DNA from: Eledone cirrhosa
Lineage: Eukaryota
Assembly: GCA_964016885.1 (NCBI GenBank)
Contig: OZ024749.1
Location: 45,260,001 to 45,324,000, forward strand
Length of the DNA: 64,000 nucleotides
Direction of reading: 5' to 3'
The position numbers and the translations under genes are program-made. The notes under the pieces are model-generated. The model searched no databases, was not told the DNA's origin, and saw only the letters and a program-made list of their open reading frames with translations. This document shows positions 54,561 through 64,000 of this stretch, in pieces (the stretch's first letter is position 1; each line of letters begins with the position of its first letter).

Positions 54561-54865
54561 ATTATTACATGAAAAGTCACACACCTAGAGATACACGCAA
54601 ACACATTACACAAGCCCGCACGGATACGCTCACAACCACACAGAAGGGAATGCACACACACACACACACACACATACACATATATACATATACAAATAGT
54701 CACATTACTTTAGATATATGCCCAGCCATATATTTGCTATTCATATGCCTCGTTTGAATCCCGTTCTGTTGATTTATGATCAAAGACCTTCCTGCCGTGA
54801 CTGTCTAGTCTTAGTTTTTAAAATGATTTACGATGTATGTATAAGTATAATATATATGTATAAGA

Positions 54866-54910
<45 letters not shown>

Positions 54911-54913
<3 letters not shown>

Positions 54914-55033
54914 TTCAATCGGGGGCAACTAGAGTAAGTAAGGTACTCAATACATAGCAGAGTATAAATATTTAATATAGAAATGGCTTCTACAGGACTA
55001 GAACTGTTACATTCGGAAGAAGTCATCAGAAAA
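54911..55033 (-). mobile_element. H2 hammerhead-bearing element (GAA changed to GTA)
   Basis: Reverse complement matches 40-160; 3' end abuts (TA)n. Confidence 0.75.
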
Positions 55034-55254
55034 TAAAAATATATATATATATAAAGTATATGTAATCGGCGGTAACTATACATATATGTACATGTCTGTA
55101 CGCGTATTTATGTATTAATGTGTATATATATATGCTCGTGTGTTTGTGTATATATGAATATATTTCAAATATTAAATGTTAAATTACACAAATGAGACTT
55201 TGCATTTTTAGCCGCCTCCCTACAGACACACACACACATATATATATATATATA

Positions 55255-55300
55255 TTGATGATTTTCTCCCAAATGAAACAGTTCTAGTCCTGTAAAAGCC
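55255..55300 (+). mobile_element. H2 fragment (core TTGATGA)
   Basis: ttgatga-ttttctcccaaat-gaaacagttctagtcctgtaaaagcc. Confidence 0.65.
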
Positions 55301-56576
55301 TTTTTTTATATATATATATGCATTTTCTTCTGCTATTTGTGGAGATATTTTACAAAACGCCCTACGTAGTCGAACTACACATTCTTTGAATTTCACTCAA
55401 CTGCATAAAGCAAAACACGAGAACTTGACGTATGTTCACAAAGTGTAGATTTTTCCTTTGGCCATGTATAGGTATGTTCATGTCTCTGTCAATGCATCAT
55501 TTATACGAAGATAATATTGAAGACGGTCGTATTACTAGTCCTCCCTAAACCTTTTTTTTTTCAAGCAATATGTTTTTTTGTTTTTTTTTAAATATCTTGT
55601 GAAGAAATAGTTAACATGTTTAAACAGTTAAAATTGTTTTACGGTATTTAGCACGAATCTACTGATTTTACCATTGCATAAAACTGATTTTTGTGGGTAT
55701 GTTATAGGTAACTGAACCAGATTCTCTATTTTACTGGTTCGTAGTTGAGTTAAAGGATAATTAAGTATTAGCAGTGAAATAGCATTGGAATCATCATAGA
55801 ATCAGACTTTACTATCTACACAATAACAATGCATCTACACTTTTTCCAGATCTTTTGAACATTGTAATATTCAATATATCTGGAAAAAATATCAAAGCCA
55901 GGATCTTCACGGCTAAGATGCCAGAAGCTTATATGGTTACAACGATTTATTCAAATTTGAACTCAGAAAATTATGGGTCACATGTCATTTTCCGAACACT
56001 TCTACGGATTGAACTATTCTATTTTATCTTCAGTTTTAATTGGCTTTTCAACTTCTTCATTATTAATTATCTCACAGAGATGGTGGCTATCGGAATCGTT
56101 TGAGCATTGGAGAAAATGCCTTGCAGTATATATTCCATTCCGATTTCAAATGTATTTGCTTTCATCGTTTCAAGTCGATAAATAAAGCACCACTCGCGTA
56201 CAGGGGTCGATATAATCGACTAAACTCTTAGCCAAATGAAAACAAAAAACAAAAAAACAACAAAATCTGGCCTTGTACCTATGTTAGAAACAATTATTAA
56301 TTGGCTAACTCATTAGCAAGCTAATTAATCTGGTGAAACTAGTGCATGACTGGAGACAGTTCAACTCAACTACGACACTAATAGGCTATGGAAATGCATA
56401 TACATCACAACACTCCCATTCCTTCCGTCCCAGTCAAAGGAGATATTTCGGAGTAAAAAATATGAATAATTGTTACATATATCGTTATTAATGATAAATT
56501 ATTATTTAGTACACACATTAAACTGTTTATTTACACCCCCACCATTTGCTTGTGTGTGTGTGTGCGTATATTTATA

Positions 56577-56615
<39 letters not shown>

Positions 56616-57229
56616 TTGCTTGTGTGTGTGTGTGCGTATATATATATATATATATATATTTGTGTGTGTGGGGGGGGGGGGGGAGTGTGTGCGTGTGCTT
56701 ACTAGGTGGAAATTGATGATAAGTCAAAATTATGGAACACAGCATTACAAGCCTGGACAAGTCTTATTTTTATTTTTATGTACAAACTCTATTTACTGAG
56801 GCGTCATAATCTCCCACTCGCTTTTGAGTCAGTGTGATCCAGAGCCGTTTAACCCAGAGCACCCTACACTATATGAAACTACATTAGCTACATATTTTTG
56901 AAATATAAAGAAAAACATTACCATGGATGCAACAGATTGAAAATTGATGTTTTTCTACTAATATTGCAAATTTCCATCCCAATCTGTCTATAAGTAACTA
57001 TAATATATATATTAGAATATCCAAACTATGTCATGATATTTTCTAGGAAATAATTAAGGGATTTGGCAAGGAGGAAAACAAGTGAAAATTAATAACAAAT
57101 TCCTATCGAATGAGTGTGCTCCAGAGCAATATTCAGTTCAACCCGACCCATGATTAACCAGAGTTTTCTACACTAAATTAACACTTTACTATATAGTCTG
57201 AATTTTAACCTATATGATATTTCGAGCTG

Positions 57230-58520
57230 CTAAAAAATGGGAGAAATGTACATCTAAATATCCTACTCTTTGACATTTTATTCTTCGAGTACAGCTATTC
57301 TCACCCAAACCCTCATTTACCACCAATTCATCAGCCACTGTCACCCTCTAACATGATCCCAAACTTCTATCAACGCGGTTATCCACACACCTTAATCCAG
57401 ACCCCTCTTTGACCATATTCCCGCACTCTCACTACATTTCCCCACGCTCGATTATCTCTATTTCCTTTCACCTATCACCTTTCTACTTTAACCCCAGTGA
57501 TATAAAATAATTGTTTCTACTTTTGGCACAAGGCCAGCAATTATCCCAGTGTATTACTGGTACTATATTTTATCGACCTCGTAAGGATGCAAGGCAAAGT
57601 TAACCTCGGTGGGATTTGAACTCAGACCATAAAGGGCCGTAACTCTATGCTGCAAAGCATGGCGTCCGACCCTCTATATACTGCCAATCACCGCCAGTGA
57701 TAAAATAATGCGTGAATTCCGTCTTGATCAACACTATCCCCTATTTTCCACTCTTCTCCAATCCACTATTTGCTTCCTTTGTCGTCTTGGTTCACAGCAC
57801 CTCTTCCACCACATGCCATTCCACTCCACTAGAATCCCACCCTTGCTCATGATCATGTTGCCGCGCAATGTCCGTTTATTACTAATATAAAAAAAAAAAA
57901 ACAGGACTCAACACACAAAACTTCGAACTTCGGACCCCTTAAATCTTAACTACTGCTCAATGTGATCGTTTTGTTTCATTATTTATATCGGCCAGGCTAA
58001 ACTCCAGTGGACAGATGGCTCCACCGAGTATCTTCATGACATTTGAAATTTTATTTATCCCGGACATTCGGCCGACAACTTAAACGAAACCACATTCTGT
58101 TTCCAACACTGGTGCAATCAATCTAGATTAAGCCGTGATCTAAAATTAAATTTCTTGCTCAGCATCTCCCCACCTGGTTTGAACTCGTCACTAGGGGCTA
58201 CAACCGCAAAACACACATACATCTGCATTTTACCCTAACAACTTTTGTTAACTTATCTCCCCTTATCCTAGCTCTTTTGTCATAATATCCATGTCTTAAC
58301 AACGTATAAGAAAACGTATGCACGCTTAGCAACCATATACAAACTATCTTAGCTACTATATAAACTGTTTAATACCAAAATTCTCCCAGTTTTCGTTTTT
58401 TATTTTTGTTATTATTCTTTTTTTCTAAAATTCTTCTTCTGCTTTCTACATTATAATGAAGGGCATAGCCTCAAACACTAGTCACTGACATTCGCTGATT
58501 TCTTTCCTGAGTTTCTGTTT
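57230..58520 (+). mobile_element. Decayed Penelope-like element (RT C-terminus, linker, GIY-YIG endonuclease, probable pLTR), interrupted by a SINE; boundaries approximate
   Basis: Motifs in the expected order across frameshifts: FYQRGYPHTLIQT (57365), FPFTYH, LVHST, CPFITN, NLNYC...C..IYIGQ (YIGQ 57984-57995), TDGSTEYLHDI, PPGLNS. A decayed hammerhead-like ataatgaagggcatagcctcaaac follows at ~58453. Confidence 0.75.
57506..57695 (-). mobile_element. SINE S1, full length, inserted in the Penelope remnant
   Basis: TSD ccagtgata(ta)aaataat at 57494-57511 and 57694-57709. Confidence 0.92.
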
Positions 58521-59040
58521 CTTTCCGCACTGTATTTCGGCACAAAGCCAGCAATTTGGGGAAAGAGAAATAGTCGATTATGTTGATTCCATGACATGAT
58601 TGTTACTTTTATTTATTGACCCTTGAATTACGAGAGGCAAAATTGACAATAGCGGGGTTTGAAAGTAAAGAGAAGAATAACAACTCATGAGAGGCCCGGC
58701 CATGTAGAACCACGCCCACCATGCAAAGCGGAATTACTTTTACCTTCTAAATAATACGTTGTGAGGTGATGGAGCTTTCGAATGGCCTAACGAAAAACGA
58801 AACAATAAAAAGCAGTGTCTAAAACCATGGTTTTTTCTGTCCTAAAAAAAATATTTTTTTTTTTAGTACCAGTTTACATTTTTGCTTGCATTTAACAAAT
58901 AAAAAGAAGTTCTGTATCTAACTGAAATATATGTTAGTATTAATTAGTTATTTGTACAAGATTACCAGCCCTTCAAAAGTATATGGCTTCTGGGCTTTGG
59001 ATGCTGAAGATTTACCATAATGCTATATCATGCGTAAGAG

Positions 59041-59128
59041 GCTTTCATCCTTACGGGGTCGATAAAATAAAGTACCAGTAAGTTACTGGGTAATTGCTGG
59101 CCTTGTGCCAAAAGTAGAAACAATTATT
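59041..59128 (+). mobile_element. SINE S1, 3' fragment
   Basis: ctttcatccttacggggtcgat...gaaacaattatt. Confidence 0.85.
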
Positions 59129-59217
59129 TCAATATATAAACCAAATTTACATGCCAGTTCACTAATCAGCAATAAGTGAAAATTATATATAAATATATTA
59201 TATTATAAATGTATATC

Positions 59218-59264
<47 letters not shown>

Positions 59265-59385
59265 GGAGGTGAGTTTTATTGTAGTACAATAAAGCAATGC
59301 AGATATCGGATAAGAAGCACTCTACAGTTTGTAGGACTGGAGTATACATAATATAAGATCAAAAGATGGTTAAAGGAGTTCCATG

Positions 59386-59456
59386 TATTTTATTATGCGC
59401 ATTTCAAAAACAAACATCATCATGCAATAATATTTGTGTTTTCATCAGATAAAACA
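59386..59456 (-). ncRNA. Type I hammerhead ribozyme (H1)
   Basis: tgttttat-CTGATGA-36-nt hairpin-GAA-ATGCGCAT-A-ataaaata on the minus strand. Confidence 0.78.
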
Positions 59457-59574
59457 GGAGAACATGATATGAAGGCTAAAAAACACTTGTGGATAGTGCA
59501 GTTTTAAATCAACATATCTTGATTTAAAACTGCACTATCCACAAGTGTTTTTTAGCCTTCATATCATGTTCTCC

Positions 59575-59645
59575 TGTTTTATCTGATGAAAACACAAATA
59601 TTATTGCATGATGATGTTTGTTCTTGAAATGCGCATAATAAAATA
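59575..59645 (+). ncRNA. Type I hammerhead ribozyme (H1)
   Basis: Stem I 59575-82/59638-45; core 59583-89; stem II 59590-59625; palindromic ATGCGCAT 59629-36; AUA triplet. Confidence 0.75.
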
Positions 59646-59675
59646 CATGGAACTCCTTTAACCATCTTTTGATCT

Positions 59676-59706
<31 letters not shown>

Positions 59707-59809
59707 AATATAAACAATGAGTAAATATGGTTTTTTGATTATTCAATAAAGTCAATTTCACAATAGATTAGAATCACTACAGTTTTATATGTATATCATA
59801 TATATATTT

Positions 59810-59879
<70 letters not shown>

Positions 59880-59902
59880 CATATATATTATACATATAAA
59901 AC

Positions 59903-60013
59903 TGCATTTTAAGGGGTCTGTCGAGCTGCAGATTACAGAGTCGGGTAAGATCGATACAGATCGAACCTTGAGCTGATCAGTGGCGAAACGCGCGTCACCA
60001 AACAATAAATGTA
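59903..60013 (+). ncRNA. Hammerhead motif with long stem II and A6U core change (H4), in a (TA)n-flanked island (59899-60150)
   Basis: ggt-CTGTCGA(59918-24)-gctgc...gtggc-GAA-ACGCGCGT-C-acc; distal stem I tgcattt/aaatgta. Confidence 0.6.
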
Positions 60014-60147
60014 ATGAAGGAGTAACCAATTGTCCTTGTTATCTTTTCAATATAATACACTCTGTCTAGCTCTACAGCTCGACACAGAAGGGAACCTAAA
60101 CATCGAGTGCTCACCCGGGTGAACCTACAGTTACTCCAAGTTACAAT

Positions 60148-60193
<46 letters not shown>

Positions 60194-60220
60194 ATGTATA
60201 TCAAATATATACATGTATAT

Positions 60221-60261
<41 letters not shown>

Positions 60262-60749
60262 GATACACACACACATATATATATATGTGTATATATAGTT
60301 TGAGTGCGTATAAACACATGTATATAGAAGCATAATATATAGGACAACTAGTACCCATTGCACCTTCTTCACAAAGTTGTGTAGGTGAGTAGGAGGGTCA
60401 CAATTCCTATATGTACTGTAACTACGTTGTCTGTTAAAATGTTCAAATGAGATTCAGTAACACAAATGTGACAATTATAATATCACAACAGGTATTCTAT
60501 CTAGCGCGAATCGTTTGTGTGCTGCTGGTTTTCGTAAAACTTTTAGATTAATGATGGCCATAGCCACCAACCTGGAGTTGGGTAAGTACTTTATTTCACA
60601 GCGATGTTTACAGCCAGCATTGACCTTGGATTGAAAGATACTTTTTCTTCACTAATTTCATCTGAATAAAGAAGAAAAATAAGGTACGTATAGTAGATAA
60701 CTATGTGTAAGTAAAAATATTATACAGACTTTATTACATTATATTATTC

Positions 60750-60806
<57 letters not shown>

Positions 60807-60810
<4 letters not shown>

Positions 60811-61141
60811 GGAGGTGAGTTTTATTGTAGTACAATAAAGCAATGCAGATATCGGATAAGAAGCACTCTACAGTTTGTGGGACTGGAGTATGCATAATAT
60901 AAGATCAAAAGATGGTTAAAGGAGTTCCATATATTTTATTATGCGCATTTCAAAAACAAACATCATCAAGCAATAATATTTGTGTTGATTTAAAACTGCA
61001 CTATCCACAAGTGTTTTTTAGCCTTCATATCATGTTCTCCTGTTTTATCTGATGAAAACACAAATATTATTGCTTGATGATGTTTGTTTTTGAAATGCGC
61101 ATAATAAAATATAAGGAACTCCTTTAACCATCTTTTGATCT

Positions 61142-61149
<8 letters not shown>
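60807..61149. mobile_element. H1 fold-back element, copy 2
   Basis: Minus arm 60807-60986, truncated inside stem II, joined by short microhomology to plus arm 60985-61149. Confidence 0.9.
61041..61111 (+). ncRNA. Type I hammerhead ribozyme (H1)
   Basis: Same fold as copy 1; core 61049-55; predicted cut after 61103. Confidence 0.78.
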
Positions 61150-61197
<48 letters not shown>

Positions 61198-61213
61198 ATG
61201 TATTTATATATAT

Positions 61214-61546
61214 ATAATATATAAGATCAAAAGATGGTTAAAAGAGTTCCATGTATTTTATTATGCGCATTTCAAAAACAAATATCATCATATATGCTGA
61301 TTTAAAACTGCACTATCCACAAGTGTTTTTTACCCTTCATATCATGTCTTCCTATTTTATCTGATGAAAACACAAATGTTATTGCATCATGATATTTGTT
61401 TTTGAAATGCGCATAATAAAATACATGGAACTCTTTTAACCATCTTTTGATCTTATATATTATGTATACTCCAGTCCTACAAACTGTAGAGTGCTTCTTA
61501 TCCGATATCTGCATTGCTTTATTGTACTACAATAAAACTCACCTCC

Positions 61547-61550
<4 letters not shown>
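61214..61550. mobile_element. H1 fold-back element, copy 3
   Basis: Short minus arm 61214-61291 plus full plus arm 61292-61550, ending aataaaactcacctcctaca-(TA)n. Confidence 0.9.
61353..61423 (+). ncRNA. Type I hammerhead ribozyme (H1)
   Basis: Perfect 8-bp stem I tattttat/ataaaata; core 61361-67; predicted cut after 61415. Confidence 0.8.
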
Positions 61551-61614
<64 letters not shown>

Positions 61615-62124
61615 GTTATATTTGTAAATACAGAGTGTGTAACCAAGACAAAAGCAATGTGTATAGAATTTTGCACATATCTAAACACTGTCTCTCTCTT
61701 TCTCTTTGTATATATACCCCCCCCCCCCATATATATATATATATAAGAAAGTACTCCGGTTTCATTGTTTTATTCGTTCGATTCTGTTCGAACTAAAGAA
61801 TAACACTTCAGTCAGTTTCTGTGGTGTTGTGTATTTCGTTGGATATCCTCAGTTAAATATCAGGTAAGAATTCTCTACGAAATTCTCAAAACTATTTCAA
61901 AGCTATCCTTGAAAGTTATAAATATCGACCTACTTCCGTTATAGAAACAAATGACAGTTTACAACATTGAAGCGATTTAGGATCAGCTAATTATTTGAAT
62001 CAGGCTGACGTGCTGTATATTCAAATGACGCGAGTGAACCGTAGTTCATCTAAGTGATACACAGCTGAATATATATATATATATATATTTGTGTGAGTTT
62101 ATGTGTGTGTTGTGAGTGTGTGTA

Positions 62125-62163
<39 letters not shown>

Positions 62164-63080
62164 ATTATCGCGTTTAGTGATGGCTGCTCGGCCCCGTTGG
62201 ATAACATAACAACCCACCAGCATGCAGATGATTCTAACCACTGAAACACATGAATGACATATATATTTTCAACCTTGGTATTAAGCAATACTCGACCGAC
62301 ACGTAGTGGTTTTGAACTCAGGAAACAAAGGGACGTAATCGCATATACAGCATTATATTGTCCGACGCTTAATAATATGTGTCAGTAGAGAGTTCGTAGT
62401 AGATGAAATCGATTTTAGCCCACTACTACTCTCCCTATGAATGGCTTGTACTAATTAATTATAGAGATCAATATTATTCAATATAGAATGACGGAATGTT
62501 GAACAGTTTCCAGTTATGTCCCTTGACGTTCATATTTCGAGGATTGTCGCAGTTTCGACTGTGATATATTGCGGTTAAATGGCAGCACGGTTAGTGTAGT
62601 GAATTCGCAGCATCGTTAGGACGTCGGAGAGGGTAGCTTGTGATTTACTGGGCTCTAAGTTCGAATCCCACTAAGGACAAATTTACTTTTAATAGTTTAG
62701 GTTTTGATAAATAAAATACTAATCAAACACAGGAGTTGATTACTATCTCGGCTAAGTGAAAGGAGAAGAAATGAGCTATTACATGTCGGTCCAATTCTCT
62801 GTGAGTCTATCATTTCTAGATCAATAAAATCAATTACTAGCAATGTACTGTCATCGATTACCAAATATTAAACATTAAGATTTTTAAATTAGACACAAGC
62901 CTACTAATCGAAATATTAATCATAATAAAAAATATTTTCTATTGCTCTTCACACTATTGCCTCTGCTGAGCATGATATGTATTTTATCGATCTTTTATCG
63001 GAATTCTAAATATTTATATATATATATATATAGAGAGAGATGTTTCTATGTATGTTTGTGTTTCCTTTCTCTCGAACGCC

Positions 63081-63112
63081 TCTTCTGATGACTTTTGTTC
63101 GAAACGTAAAGA
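63081..63112 (+). ncRNA. Minimal hammerhead motif (Penelope pLTR type), stem II decayed
   Basis: tctt-CTGATGA-cttttgttc-GAA-ACGT-A-aaga. Confidence 0.55.
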
Positions 63113-63230
63113 TATGTTCCTACTATATCAAGCGTTAAACTAATATATTTCTTCATTGACCTGTGTCATTTGCTTTGTTGCTCCCTTTTACTTTTTGCAT
63201 GTATGAAAAACCACAAACCCTCCATCTCAA

Positions 63231-63274
63231 TTCTACTTTTGAAAAGCACAAGAACTGCGAAACCGGTAAAGGAA
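63231..63274 (+). ncRNA. Hammerhead motif with compensatory U3-A8 core (H5)
   Basis: ttc-ta-ctt-TTGAAAA-gca-caagaac-tgc-GAA-ACCGGT-A-aag-gaa. Confidence 0.55.
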
Positions 63275-63381
63275 CCAAATAAATACTTTTAAAAAGACTC
63301 CATTTTCGATTTCATCTTTTTTCCTTATACTTTCACTCGTGTAGGACATCTCGTTTTTTTTTCATTTTGTAAATAAAACTC

Positions 63382-63456
<75 letters not shown>

Positions 63457-63926
63457 AGTTTCCCTCAACTAAATTTCACTCACAAGGCATTGATCAATCC
63501 GAAGGAGTTTCGTGATAGAAGACATTTGCCTAATGTAACTTGCAACTTCGAAGTGAAAATGCGTCTATAAACAAAAGTAAAGTGGCATATTTATTTTCCT
63601 AGATATTTTATCACAGGCATAGTGCTGAATTAAGTATGAACAAGACAATAACTATTCGTTATTAGATATGTAGATTTGCTGATTCGTTAGATAATCGGGA
63701 AAAATCGCTTGTGATGTTTGTTTCAGCTTAGGTCAAATTTGAATATTATCCCTCCTGATTCGATAAAATAAATAGGGTTATATTTAATCATCTAACTCCA
63801 CCTCCAAAAATAAGAGACAAATGCGCATATGTATATTTGAAACTAATGTAGCTATAGTTTCATAATTATTATATCAGTAATGAATATTATGTATGTATAT
63901 ATGTATATGTATTTTACACACACACA

Positions 63927-63961
<35 letters not shown>

Positions 63962-64000
63962 ATAATATATGCATATATATATATATGTATATGGAAAAAA

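Larger units (their letters stand above)
59261..59683. mobile_element. H1 fold-back element, copy 1 (165-bp arms, a hammerhead on each strand)
   Basis: Arms 59348-59512 and 59519-59683 with 1 mismatch, spacer CATATC; 87-bp extra tail on the left; both ends in (TA)n. Confidence 0.9.

Noticed and set aside
61302-61514. 70-aa ORF and AG/GTGAGT donor-like site in H1
   Set aside because: Antisense to the ribozyme; frame differs between copies (2-nt indel); no recognisable domain or partner exon
59261-61550. Classical MITE/DNA transposon with TGT...ACA termini
   Set aside because: Disfavoured, not excluded: no single copy has two full ends, junctions differ between copies, arms share private mutations and the unit holds a polar hammerhead

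Overview
Very AT-rich, microsatellite-saturated eukaryotic DNA. The SoxB1 protein, the tRNA-derived SINEs and the extreme (TA)n content suggest an octopod cephalopod, but this is inference. The only supported protein gene is an intronless SoxB1 (Sox1/2/3-type, 3120-3998, +) with a motif-rich promoter; the next ~60 kb is a gene desert. It holds long interrupted (TA)n/(CA)n tracts, a young SINE family with TSDs, CR1-type and RTE LINE remnants, a decayed Penelope-like element (RT C-terminus plus GIY-YIG), and 56-bp and 82-bp minisatellites. The main signal is at RNA level. Many short islands in or beside the (TA)n tracts carry type I hammerhead ribozyme motifs (CUGANGA...GAAA...UH), mostly with a palindromic, dimer-type stem III. 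They fall into several families with no similarity visible by eye, and many sit in head-to-head fold-backs with 3' ends fused to (TA)n. Best examples: three fold-back copies at 59261-61550 (four intact cores, arm-specific shared mutations), an intact hammerhead between ~100-bp microsatellite-like inverted repeats (33070-33547), and a U3-A8 core variant (63231-63274). All folds were worked out by eye; activity and novelty are untested. Nearly all ORF-track entries are microsatellite artefacts.
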